From Rhina ancylostomus (lineage: Eukaryota), in NCBI GenBank assembly GCA_030265395.1, contig JARFYF010000002.1:46399529-46463528 (forward strand): 64,000 nt of DNA, given 5' to 3'. Position numbers and translations under genes: made by a program. Every line of letters begins with the position of its first letter. Position 1 is the first letter of the stretch. Shown here piece after piece: positions 38,714 through 51,900 of this stretch. The notes beneath the pieces are model-generated. The model saw only the letters and a list, made by a program, of their open reading frames with translations, did no database searches and was not told the DNA's origin.

Positions 38714-41215
38714 NNNNNNNNNNNNNNNNNNNNNNNNNNNNNNNNNNNNNNNNNNNNNNNNNNNNNNNNNNNNNNNNNNNNNNNNNNNNNNNNNNNNNNN
38801 NNNNNNNNNNNNNNNNNNNNNNNNNNNNNNNNNNNNNNNNNNNNNNNNNNNNNNNNNNNNNNNNNNNNNNNNNNNNNNNNNNNNNNNNNNNNNNNNNNNN
38901 NNNNNNNNNNNNNNNNNNNNNNNNNNNNNNNNNNNNNNNNNNNNNNNNNNNNNNNNNNNNNNNNNNNNNNNNNNNNNNNNNNNNNNNNNNNNNNNNNNNN
39001 NNNCCCTAACTTTGATTTCCTGACTAGTAGATGCTGCAATCCATCCCCAGTCCACACCCATCCCTGAGGCTGGAAGAGACACTTCAGTTCCTCCAATATT
39101 TATCTCAGTACAGACTCCAGTCATTGGCATGAACCTGGACTGAAATCACCTCTCAATAGCCACAAATTTGAACAAGTGTTTTTGGCAGCATTGGGTGCAA
39201 ACTTATTCCAATATTATGTCACAAATGTGCACTTGCCCACGTTGGCTAGAATTTTGGGAGACTGTTAATGTGTGTGCGGGTAACGAGCACCAGAGGTATG
39301 CAGAGTACATATGACATGAATCGGAACAAAATGTTGATTTGATGTCAGTGGTGTTCAATAAGATTCAATGCTCCAGTTAAGTCTGTTTCTTAAATGTAAA
39401 GCCGAATATGCAATTAACAATAGGAGGGAGCCTAAGGTCAGCTTTTAGGATGGACATTATTGATAGCTACTGGCAATTTCTGGGATTCAAGAGCTCTTTG
39501 GCAATATTAAAGAACTTCAGAAAGTACCAAATTTGGGAGGAATTAATATGCTAGATTCTGAAAGCCTCAACTTGATACCAAGTATTCTGCATGAGACAAT
39601 TGCTCCGAGACATGGATGCATTAATGGGTTCTCCTGAGCAAATGGGCCAGTTGGAAGAATGAGTAAAAGCCACAGGGAGCAGGACAGTTTGTGAGAAGAG
39701 GAGGAGATGGAGAAGTGCTTTCAGCAATAAACCATAGTGACCACCCACCCCATGGTGTTCTGGGCCCAATTCTCCCATTTGGACCACAGCAAGGAAGAGG
39801 ACAGGGGATATTTGTGTTTCGGTAAGTAGATCTTCACTAAAAATGACACCTGCTCCAGCCACAAATGCAACCTCAGAGTGGGGCATGTCCCACATTCAGA
39901 GCAGCTATCAAAGTCACACTAGCCCTGAACCTTAGTGCACTGGGATCTTCCCATGCTGGAGAAGGAAACAGTTTGCCTTCAGATGCCACAGAAGGGTAAT
40001 CACAAGGGCTGTCTATTCAAAGAGAGCAGATTTCATTTCATTCTTTCTTGACAGAGGGCAGGAAGAAGAGAGAATCATAGCAGAAGAGAGCAAACATTTG
40101 GCTTTTGATGGTTTCTGGCTTCCTCGTGGTACTAAGAAGGTAGGTGTCAGCCTCCTTCTTGACTCACAGCACTGCTCATGGTGAAGGTTGTCCCACAGCG
40201 GTTGCAGGTTTGGTAGATGCTACTGAAGAAAGTTTAAGTTGCCAATATGCATTTTGTAGATAGTGCACTTTGCAGCCAAGCTACATCTGGTGTTGGGAGG
40301 GAATGTTCAGGCTATGGAGACAGGATGCCAGTCAGGTGGGTCAATTTGGCCTGTATGATGTTAAACTTCTATGGAGCTGCACTCCAGGCAGAATTAGCCA
40401 GACTTGTGCCTTAAAATGTTTTGTGTGTCAGGTGATATTACTCTTATATAATCTTTACATCTACATGGAAGTTGTTCAAGGTAACTATGACTGCAGCACA
40501 TAACAAATCTCAGTCAACATTTCCTATGATAAATGTTGCCTCCAAATGCATTGAAGCTGAGACAGGTATATCTGTTTTCCCACCCATCACCTATAAGCCT
40601 CTGCTCGACACTCCCCTCTCCTTCTGCCCCACCTGGCTCCTCAGCCCATCCACCGCCACCTGCACCCCCACTCCCTCACAATCAAATCTACCAACTTCTG
40701 TCTCACCTCTTGTTTCCCTTCTATGTACTGGCTATCTTTCCTCCATGCTCTCAATCCTTATGCAGGGGTTTGACCCGACACCTTCACCATCCATCTGCCT
40801 CCACAGGTGCTGCTTAACCCACAGAGCTCTTCCAGCTGTTTGCTTTTGCTTCAGATTCCAGCAGCTGCACATTCTTGTGTCTCCACAAAGAAAATCTACT
40901 GTTCATTGTTCAATGGATGTACTCCTCTGTCCAGAAACCATCTCCTCTTTCCCCTCACACCTCCAATAGCACTCAAAGTTGCACTATGCAATTTTCCAAG
41001 TCATGCAATTCATGCTGATAATACATGTTTTATAGATTCATCAGTGAAATTTGAAACAAATCAACACTCATTGCTACAGTAAAGTTTTGTAGCCAAGAAA
41101 TAGAAAGAGGTTAACTGAATTGGCAAGAAGTTGGACTATGACATTGGGAAATATGAGGTTAATCATTTTGATAGGAAAAGCAATAAAAGGTAGACAGTTT
41201 AATGAAGAAGTAGTT

Positions 41216-41510
41216 AAGATATCTTTATTAGTCATATGTATATTGAAACACACAGTGAAATGTATCTTTTGCATAGAATGTTCTGGGGGCAGCCCGCAAG
41301 TGTCGCCACGCTTCCGGCGCCAACATAGCATGCCCACAATTTCCTAACCCGTACATCTTTGGAATGTGGGAGGAAACCAGAGCACCCAGAGGAAACCCAC
41401 ACAGACGTGGGGAGAATGTACAAACTCTTTACAGACAGTAGCCAGAACTAAATCCAGGTCGTTGGTGCTGTAACAGAGTCATGTTAACCACTGCCCCACC
41501 GTGCTTGCCC
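41216..41510 (-). mobile_element. V-SINE nested in a CR1 fragment (about 41060-41800)
   Basis: V-domain tgtgggaggaaaccagagcacccagaggaaacccac; tRNA-like head at the 41510 end; possible agtagt target duplication. Confidence 0.85.
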
Positions 41511-42149
41511 ACAGTAGTAATTGTCTTGATATACAGAGCACAGAAAGTCAATCAGCGGTTTCTGCAAATAGTTATCAAGACACATGATATGTGGGCCCTT
41601 TTGCAAAGAGGTTGCAACAGAAGAATAAGAAAGTAATCATACATAATTTTTGTGAGACAAGACTGGAAGACCTTTGTATAGTTTTTGTTCACATATCCAA
41701 GGAAGGAGCACAATAGACACACCAGATGAGTTTTCGGAATAAGTGTCTCATCTTGTGAGGAGATATGGAGTAGAATAGGCCTGTGCTTGAGGCAGCATAC
41801 CTGCCAACCATTAAAAGNNNNNNGGGCATTAATGGTGAGAAGGAAATGACATTGATCTAAAGCAGTCCCAGGTATCACCCTCGGGTCTTCCTCTTTTGAG
41901 GCTGGTGAATGCGATTCTATTTGAGCCATATGTATCATTGTGGTTTCTGTCAACAAGAAAGGAAATTCACAGTGAGCTGAGAAAAACTGCCAAAACAATC
42001 TTTTTACTACCAATAGCTTTTAAGGTGGCTCAACAAAGAAAGAGCAAAAGTAAGAGTTTTTGTCTTACTTTTGTGAGGAATGTATTAGGTTATGGTTTTA
42101 TACACAATGACAAGGCTGGAGTTTTAAATAAGACCAAATCTGGAGTTTT

Positions 42150-42530
42150 GGTCTTATTTAAAACATATAAGATCCTGAGAGATCTTGACAGGGTGGCTGT
42201 GAAGAGGATGTTTCCCCTTCTGGAAAACTCAAGAACTTGGGATCACTGTTTAAAAATAAGGAGTCTTAAAATATTTAAGACAGAGATAAAGTTTTATTTT
42301 TTTCCCCAGAGGCCATGAGTCTTCTCTTCTTCAAAGAGTGGAAGCAGCAGCCTTTGAATACCTTTAGGGAAGATGCAAATAGATTTTTCATAAGCAATAG
42401 GTGAAAAGTTACCAGAGTGGGTGGGAAGGTGAAGCAAAAGTTACAATTATACCACCCATGATGTTACTAAATGGCAGGGCAGACTCAAGAGGACAAGTAA
42501 CCTACTCCTGCTCCTAATTTGTGTATTTGT
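42150..42530 (+). mobile_element. CR1 3' fragment
   Basis: TYKILRDLDRVAVKRMFPLLENSRTWDHCLKIR. Confidence 0.85.
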
Positions 42531-42729
42531 ATCTTCTTATGAGGAATCTGGAAATCAGGCCAGTGGATGCTAACTGCTGATTTCTGCGCCAGGCCACCGG
42601 GGCAGTTTTCCTTTGGAATCTAGTGTTCAACAACTGCTAAACACTTTAGCATGGAAGCCAATTGTGCAAACTTTCTTGGTTTCTCAACTGATTTGTCACA
42701 TGCCAAAAATGGGATATAATAGCTCATCT

Positions 42730-43395
42730 GGTCTCCCAATTATAGGAAGGACATGGTGGCTTTGGAGAGGATACAGAAGAGGTTTACCAGGATGTACCAC
42801 AAGGTGAGGTTGGACAAGCTAGGGATGTTTTCTTTGGTATTGGTATTGGTTTATTATTGTCACTTGTACTGGGTTAAGTGAAAAATTTGTCTTGCATACC
42901 GATTGTACAGGTCAATTCATTACACAGTGCAGTTACATTGGGTTAGTACAGAGTGCATTGATGCAGTACAGGTAAAAACCTGTATGCTCCACTTGGAGTG
43001 GTGGATGCTGAGGGGAGACCTGATAGATATTCATAAAATTATGAGAGGCATAGAGCTGGTAGATAGCCGGTATCTTTTTCCCAGGGTCAAAAAGTCTAAT
43101 ACCAGAGGGTACTCATTTAAGGTGAGAAGGGGAAAGTTGAAAGGAGATGAGCAGGGCAAGATTTTTACACAGAGAGTGGTAGGTACCTGGAATGCGCTAC
43201 CTAGGGTGGTGCTGGGGCCAGATATGATAGAGGCATTTAAAAGGCTCTTAGATAGACATGTGAATATGTATAAAATGCAGGGATATGGACCACGTTCAGG
43301 CAGAAGGGACTAAGTGTCATAAGCTTAATTAGTTTGGCATAACATTGTGGGCTGAAGGGCCTGTTCCTGTGCTGTACCTACATTCCATGTTCTAA
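42730..43395 (+). mobile_element. CR1 3' end interrupted by a minus-strand (CCAATA)n Rex1 tail (42836-42980)
   Basis: LRGDLIDIHKIMRGIELVDSRYLFPRV...FTQRVVGTWNALP; insert begins ggtattggtattggtttattattg. Confidence 0.9.
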
Positions 43396-45239
43396 GTCCC
43401 CAGGGGCTTGGATTATTGAACCGGAAACACAAGTTGAATCCCACTATGACAAATGGGTAACTTAAATGCATATAAGTCAATGAATCTGGAATTAAAAAGT
43501 TAGTATCTGTAACAGGAACCATGATGCTACTGGATTGCCATGAAATTTCAGGCTTTTCACTAATGCCCTCCAGAGAAATATATCTATCATCTTACATAGC
43601 TTGGTCTCTACCTGACTCCAAACACCCACTGTGGTTGACTCTTAACTGCTCTCTGGAATGGTCCATGAAGCTGCGAGTTCCAGAAGCATTTAGGGATGGA
43701 CAAGAAGTGTTGGTTTTGTTAGCAATGCCCACAAATTTAAAAAAATGTAATTGCATCTTGACCAAACTAACATAATTTTATTTTTTTTCCTGGCTTAACA
43801 AACCATTGTCTTCCCTCTATAGCATGATAAGAAATGTTATTTGCCTTTTAATAAAGTGAATTTTTGTACTTAAAATATCTGAAGTTCTGGTTGCAGGAGA
43901 ACAATGGAGGTACAAAATGGAGGAGCAATAAGAAATTAATTAAAGAGCCCAGCTTGTTATGACCTGATATAATTGCAACTGTCTATGAGCAAACAACAAA
44001 TGAAGGTATAAATCATCTCATCATTATGATGCACGACTATAATGCTATTCAAAACACAGTGTATTCCATTTGCCCATAACTCAAAGGCAACATGATATAA
44101 TATCATCAATATTACATACAATTTCCCATTCATGCAAATCTCATAATTCAATTAATGGAGTTTCCATCCATCACTGTCCAAAGTGATACCTTTCAGCAGG
44201 AAAAAACATTTAATTCCAACTCCACCTCTTAATGAAAATCAGTATTGAGTTGATTTACACGTTTCATTTACAAAAGCCATATACTGTAGACATATTATCC
44301 AGACAATAGATTTATAAATAGTGACGTTGCATGGTACAATGTTTTGAGTGGAAGAAACATACAGAAAGAAAATACAGAAAGAACTTTCATTTCTATAATG
44401 CCTTTCACAATCTTAGAATATCCCAAAAGATTTACGGTGGAAGTATTTTTGAAGACTAAGCACTACTATAACATAAGACATTGGTAGCCAGTATGAACAC
44501 ACACTTCAGTGATACTAATTTAGGGTTTGAGTCTACTGTCTCTTCAAAAAATGCTGTGGAATTTTTTAAATCCAACTGAAAAGATGGATAGAGTCACAGC
44601 TTAACATTCAAAATAGTCATATCCAAATTAAAAGACGTCTTTAGCTCTGNNNNNNNNNNNNNNNNNNNNNNNNNNNNNNNNNNNNNNNNNNNNNNNNNNN
44701 NNNNNNNNNNNNNNNNNNNNNNNNNNNNNNNNNNNNNNNNNNNNNNNNNTGCTCAAATGTTCATGTAAACTTCCAGGAGACTTCACGTTAGAAAATATAC
44801 TGAAACCGTGAAGGATACATCCAGCCCTTGGAAAATGATTTTACCACACTATTCAACTAAATGTTCTGCATCATTTCTATATTCTAAGTGATAGGGCACC
44901 ATAAATTAATATGCAAGTAGCTTACGGCAGCGAAATAATTACTTTTGCTAATTGCTGAACTAAAGAATGAAAGTGTAGCAGAATCACAAGACAAATGTTG
45001 TTGAGGCCTACTTTATAGAATGCTTAAAACATTGATGTTGATTAAAAACATTGATCATTCATAATATTTGCAGTTTTGTAACACAGTCCTATGTTGCCAT
45101 TCCCAGTATGACACCTGTTATTCCATTAACATTACATCAGCATAACATCAATTTTCCCCTTGTGTACATTACTTGAGCAACAATCTGAGGCATTTTTACA
45201 TGGGTTCCAGCCCTATCTGTGTAATGGAGGCAGAATCTT

Positions 45240-46090
45240 GAACTGCTAGTTTTGCCCATTAAGGCTTTTTTGGCCTCTGCAACAAACCAGTACATCCCTC
45301 AGCACATTGTCCTGGACATTTGAACATGTCAGTCTGCAACGTGTGGTCACTCACAACTCCATGCACTGGAAGAGCAGCAAGTTTTGGGCAGACTGAGACT
45401 ACATTTCACCAGCAGTCAGTGTTTGCCTTGGGATGTGTTCCTGGTAACAAATTGAAGAGCATGGATTCTTGTGTAGCACAACTGCTGGAACTGAACCTTG
45501 ATGACTTCAACAGCACCTCTTTCCAGACTTTCTTGGTAAATACATAATTCCGGAAGGAGATGGATGATGGCCTATTTCCCACTCCAGACACTTTGCACAG
45601 CCTGCAGTCATGCTGAGACTCCAACTGTGCATGAAGGATCCGATAGAAAGGGTCTTTCTCACAGCCATCCAAACAAGGTCTGGATGTTTGTTTGAAAGTG
45701 CTTATGATAAAGCATTCCACCAAATAACCTTGGCAGCCAACTCAAGGAATCATCCAGCAGGGTCTCAACCTCCTTTTCCTACAGGACATTCCTGCAGGTC
45801 ACGGGCTAATTGATAACAGACAAAGGTATTCTTCTACACAAACTTTTCCACAGGGAATAGATGGCACAACATGGTGCAACTAGGTGGAACATTTTTCACC
45901 CTCATGGCCAAATCCATTCTTCAAAATCCCCAGGCAGATAGAACCTCAGCACATTGTATTGTGTACAGAGAATTTATGTGCAGCCTGATGCAGCCACACA
46001 CAAAGGTAGTATCAAACTGAGGGCCACATTGGGTACATATCTCTCCCTTTTTTTCTGGACATTTGTAAGTCCCATCTCTGCACACACAAT
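45240..46090 (-). mobile_element. Tx1-clade LINE ORF2 3' fragment
   Basis: TFVCGCIRL and FTKKVWKEVLLKSSRFSSSSCATQESMLFNLLPGTHPKANTDCW; homologous to 18.0-19.0 kb. Confidence 0.8.
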
Positions 46091-46699
46091 CTCTTTCAGT
46101 GAGACCTAGAGCGACAGCAAACCTTAACAAAGGAATTTTTGTCATATTTATTTTACTGTCAACGAACCGTGATCATTGCTCTTTTGAGGTCAAGGTGACT
46201 TAAATACAAAACTGGGGGAACTTAATGGTGCAGAAAATAAAATAATAAAGGCAAACCTTATTAGTAAAAAAAGATAATTTATAAAAGCATATTTACAATT
46301 ATGCCATGAAACATCTTCAAAACCATAATACTACAATAATACTATAAAGTAGCAACTATGCAAATTAATTATTTTTTGCATAAATATCTGAATTATAGCC
46401 TCAGTGACCAATGATTGTGTATACACATTGGGATCAACTGGCAAAAGTCTGAATTAGAGTATCAGTGCCCTGTAATGGTGAAAAAGAATATCATTTTATT
46501 TTCAGAGACTCTGGTTGTCCAGATCTAAGTACAGCTCTATGCCACTTCTAGGACTGAATAAGGAGCTGCTTTCCAATAAACTTCCATTCCTACAGCTGTG
46601 TTTCCACAATATTTTCCCCCTTTATTGTATCACTGGTTGTTTCTTCTGTCACCACACTAGATATTGCAACTTCATACAAATGATAAAGAGAGTTTTATT

Positions 46700-47262
46700 T
46701 TATAAGAGATACCAGGCATCTCCAAGCACTATACCACTAACACTGCCTCTGCAAAATCATCAAATCCTTTAGCGCCATAAGTGAACCAAAGTCAGCATCC
46801 TCTGCCAGTCCAACATTGTCAGCATCAAGGCTCATCACATTCAACTGGGTCATACTGTCCATGTGCCTGACACCAAACTCCTAAAATAATAGCTCAGCTC
46901 TGAGCTCCATTAGAGGTTTCCAGGAAGAAAGTGAAAACACTTCAAGGGCATTCTCAAAATCTCTTTGAAAAATGTAATGTCTTCATCTATTCACAAGAAC
47001 CTCTGACCACTGCTCAAAATGGAGATGCAGCATCCTGAGATGCATCAAGCATCTTGACTGCCTATGACAGGAATACATGGAAATCAAGCACAGAATAGCA
47101 AAGGAAGGTACCTCATCCCAAATAGCCTACCCATTCACCCCATCAAGCATTAGCTGCCCCACTTGTGGCAGTCAGTGGTTCCCTGTCAGACTCTTCAGTC
47201 ACCTTGGAACCCACAGAACTGAAGTGGGAGCACTTTCAACCCTGAGGGCCTGTTTAAGAAGA
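46700..47262 (+). mobile_element. RTE-clade LINE 3' fragment
   Basis: Degenerate W.GH....PDT.L.K....SEL and KHFKGILKISLK motifs, then terminal CPTCGS...LFSHLGTH zinc finger. Confidence 0.75.
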
Positions 47263-47513
47263 ATAGGTCTGGTCATGGAAATTTTATACCAGCAGCCCAC
47301 ATGAGAGTCAATAATACAGCCCGGTGAACCAAGCCATTGCTCTGAGCACTATTGATGATTTCAAAGTCAACCTGGCTCACTAATGGAACTGATAATGAAG
47401 AAAGATCTGTCATTTGTGCTGGGATACTTATAACTTAGTTCTGCATAACCTACCAACTTGGTGTTTAAAAATAAGTGGATTAGGGGTAGGACAAGCAGTA
47501 GAAAGTTTACGAA

Positions 47514-47720
47514 CATACAAAGCACTGGAGGAACTCAGCTAGCAAGCAGCATCCGTGGAGGGAAATGGCCAGTCAACATTTCGGGTTGAGACCCTTCAGT
47601 CCAGTTGAAGGGTCCTGACCCAAAACGTCAACAGTCCATTTCCCTCCACAGATGTTGCCTGACCTGCTGAGTTCCTTCAGTGCTTTGTGTATTGCTCCAG
47701 ATTCCAGCTTCTGCAGTCTC
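47514..47720. mobile_element. Penelope-derived palindromic (foldback) repeat
   Basis: About 85-bp inverted arms around acccttca-gtccagt-tgaagggt. Confidence 0.8.
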
Positions 47721-48899
47721 TCATGCCTCCAGAAAGTTTGCCAATGCAGCTTGATAGTAGGTAGTTGATAGTAGATAATTAAACACTGGGAACACCTCTC
47801 TGTAGGTTTCTGGGTAACTGAGCTTGGACTTCCCCAATTTGCACCCCAACTCTCTAGACCTACATGAATGAAGTGTGCCTTTCTGGGGAAAGAGCACAAA
47901 CTCTATATTGTAGAAGTAATTTGTGTGGTAACTTCTAAATAGGCAATGGATTTTCATGAATGTCTGTGCTCTGGCAAAAATGGAAATCTGTACATACATA
48001 TATAACAACATGCACAAACCTCTGCTAACTGGAGTCTAGCTATTAGTGAAAGATTTAATGTTAGTAGGGATCTGACAGTCCTGTGTTGAAACCGAAATAT
48101 GCTTTAGTTAGACTGCATATCTAAAGTTGTAAGTGAGTCATCAGTCATGGGATTCTCAGACAGCTTCTATTAAACCAATCTGCACTGGGAACAATTGCCT
48201 CAAACTGCATCTAGAAAACAGATTCTACAGAGTTTCTGATGTGAAAATGCTGTTCAATTGAAACAAAATCAATATAATGGGCCTATGAGACTTTCTAATC
48301 AGCATCATGCTGGCATTACTTCCAATTGTCATTATGCCTTTGATGCTAAAGAAACCAATTCCACTGATTCTGAAACGTGCAATTATTATTTCAAAAGCAC
48401 CACTATAAAATCTTGTGCATAACCACTGAAAATGACAGGAAAACTCATTTTGTGTTTGATACTAAATGTTCTGTGGGGAAATTAAGAAAACAAGAGAAAC
48501 AAAACATTTTAAACAGAACTGTTTTGCAATCTTTCCAAACAAGAGGAAACTGAAAACTGTGGCATAAAAATATTTAACAAATTACTGCCTTGTTTCCTTC
48601 ATTATTTACTATTCGTATTTACAATATTACAAAAAAGACAGAAGTTGTGGAGGAATCAAGAAATGTAATTCAATTGGTCAGTTTAGAAGATGCATTGATA
48701 ATAATCAAGCCTTCTCCTTAAGGTTTATGACATCTGTAGGAGTTTGATAGCACCTCTGAGTAAAATGGTTGCTCGCTGATCTCTGTATGTGTACAGAATC
48801 TAATCTGAGTGTTTCATTGCTGGAACTCCTGTCCTTCAGGTGGAATGTCAAATCATGGTCCCGTTTCCCTATTCTTGGAATTCTAATTCTGCTGAGTAG

Positions 48900-51800
48900 T
48901 ATGTGTCCCATGCATCATCTTTAAATCATGAATGTCCTTGTGCATAATTTTAAAAATCCACAATTTCGCACCTTTCTTCAACATTAGTCTGAGCGCATGA
49001 ATGATTTGCAATCGATGAATACAAACACTTGGCAACTCCAATGTTAAAATCAGGTCACATGAAAAGAACCGTTGACACAATAAATGCTCCAGTGTTGAAA
49101 AGGGTCACACAAACGCTGATTTCCTATTCCCGCTCTTATCATCCTTTTCTCTCCACGCTCGGGGTCAGTCTTGGATCCCCCAAGCCTACACCATAGCTCG
49201 AGCAGATCCTCTTCTGCACACTGGTGGGAATTCTCTTTGAAGACAGCAAGCTTATAATTCCAATGCAAGAGGGCCCTCGTCCTGGGCACATCAGAAAGGG
49301 GAAGAGTGCTGCGAGGCCAGATCACGGAGGTTCTCGGGGAGCGGAAACACAGAGTGGGGAAGAAGGGGGGCCCCAATCTACGAGAAAAAAAATTGACATT
49401 GAAAACCAGGGATCCCTTCTGCCCTGGCCAACATTGCTTTTTCAATAAATGCCAACAAAACAAAAAGACAAACCACAAAGCCGCTGTATTGCTCCTTGTG
49501 GCGTCTGCTGGGGGAGGCGAGCTCATCATTTGCCTTCATAACATCAGTCGCTATATTTTGAGGTTTAAAGCACTTTGAGGTGTCTAAGATGATGAATGTT
49601 TTTTATCATCTTTTACAATGTTTTCATCTGTGAAGCAATTATGTTTTCAATGAATGAAATTCGACCCAAAAGACGACTACTTAGTACTGACTGGTAATGG
49701 AACATAATCTTGGTCAAAAGATTGCGGTCAATCCACCGATCAACAGCAATGTTACTCAGCCGAACATATGTTTGTAGGTACACAAAATGCCACATTGCAC
49801 TGAGCCACACACACACACACGGGTGCAAACATAGCTACTGGAAACGTACATTTATATATTAACCCGACTTTAATANNNNNNNNNNNNNNNNNNNNNNNNN
49901 NNNNNNNNNNNNNNNNNNNNNNNNNNNNNNNNNNNNNNNNNNNNNNNNNNNNNNNNNNNNNNNNNNNNNNNNNNNNNNNNNNNNNNNNNNNNNNNNNNNN
50001 NNNNNNNNNNNNNNNNNNNNNNNNNNNNNNNNNNNNNNNNNNNNNNNNNNNNNNNNNNNNNNNNCTTACTGGATGACAATCGGTCCCACTTCTGAACCAG
50101 CTCACGTGCCGAAGAGATGGACAAATCTTCGGCAAAATAAGATATAACCGCTTTAAGGACACTGAGAAGTGAGGCATAAAAACTTCAGTGTTTAAGTCCC
50201 AATGTCGAGCACCTGACGGGAGGATTTATGGAAGTGCTATATGTTATTGTGAATGGCAGGAAAGCCTCTATTATTCTCTTACATTATATATGACACTAGG
50301 CAGTGTGGCGCCTGGAGACTGTCTGCTCTAAACTAACTTCCCATGATTTCCGAGTCACAGCCAGACTTGTCCTGAAAGCCAAATATTTCACTCCCGAGAC
50401 ATTCTACATTTCCTGATATAGGATGCACTTGCGTGTCTCTCGGTGACCTTAAGCATCAATTAACAAGTCATAATATCGTTCAGATATGGCCTGGGAGTCA
50501 CTGAGAAAGTTGGCATGGAACTGCAGTCACTAATGGCAGCGTGAGGTTGGGAGAACCGTTAGAAAATAGAGCCGCTGTTTTCATTGTGTGCTCTCTAATC
50601 AGTGCGGGAGAACAATAAATGCATGTAATGCTGATTTTGGACCACTTCCATCCAGCTTTTCCCATGCAACCAGCCTTGGGAACTGCTGATTGAGTGGCGC
50701 ACAAGGGGCACAGCCTTTACTCGCTCAGCCGAAGTCGTGAGTCGACCTCTATTTTTCCCCTTTTCTTTTTTATATGTGTGGGCATGAAAGAATGTTTCCA
50801 AGATGAATACCCAGTCGAAAAAAAAATCTGTATTCAGCTTGGGAGAATTCTTTCAGCGTTTTGATGTTTCCTGTCATAAAAAGATACACAGAGGGTCACG
50901 TTTTGAAGCACTGTACAACGATACTTTTCCGGTGAAAGTTAACTATTTCTCCAGCCCACGTTCCGCGGATTCGTGGAGAAAAAAGGCTGCCTTGCCATTC
51001 CATATTAAAATATGTAAGATATGCAAATGANNNNNNNNNNNNNNNNNNNNNNNNNNNNNNNNNNNNNNNNNNNNNNNNNNNNNNNNNNNNNNNNNNNNNN
51101 NNNNNNNNNNNNNNNNNNNNNNNNNNNNNNNNNNNNNNNNNNNNNNNNNNNNNNNNNNNNNNNNNNNNNNNNNNNNNNNNNNNNNNNNNNNNNNNNNNNN
51201 NNNNNNNNNNNNNNNNNNNNNNNNNNNNNNNNNNNNNNNNNNNNNNNNNNNNNNNNNNNNNNNNNNNNNNNNNNNNNNNNNNNNNNNNNNNNNNNNNNNN
51301 NNNNNNNNNNNNNNNNNNNNNNNNNNNNNNNNNNNNNNNNNNNNTAAGTGTAATCAAAGCCCCCCGCCCCTTTCCCACCCCCCACCTAGCCTTACGCACA
51401 CATTAGATTAAGAGAAGTTTGTGCTTTGCGCTGGGTGATGCAAAGATTTGGTTACTCCCCTTGAAGCGTTTAGCGCAATTATTATTTCCACTATCAGAGC
51501 GATCAAAGTTGAACATTTTTCATGAAGCATAAAGCATCGGCTATGTTCGAGAGATGTGAGATAGCCAGTAAATTTAAAAAATTGAGAACGACTGTGGAAT
51601 TGACAATAATTTAGTAATTATATTTCGATCTTTTTTAATATCTCAAAAATATTAACTTTAAAAAATCAAAAAGTAGCAGGGGAAGGTTCACCCAAGGAGG
51701 TCCACAAGTTTGCTTATTTTAAGGATTGTAATGGATTGAAATAATGCTTAGTGGTTATGTATACTATCCGCGATACTTGCTGCTATTCGCTAATTTCCAA

Positions 51801-51900
51801 TGTCTTTTGTTTTCCCTGAATGGAACGGACTACTTGCATAATTGAAAAACCGTTCCGAAAGTCAGCTAACTGAAGCAACATGTTACATTAATTTTTATTT
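48900..51900. promoter_or_regulatory. CpG-enriched, repeat-poor candidate enhancer or promoter zone
   Basis: Visibly more CpG than the flanks; TTCCCA/TGGGAA (RBPJ-like) at 50659 and 50677, Sox-like cattgt, GC box 51361, ATTAGATTA 51402; two gaps. Confidence 0.45.

Noticed and set aside
49050-49578. Overlapping 159, 74 and 90 aa ORFs; GILFED resembles the RPB8 start
   Set aside because: No recognisable domain or splice structure; similarity stops after six residues; expected in GC-richer DNA
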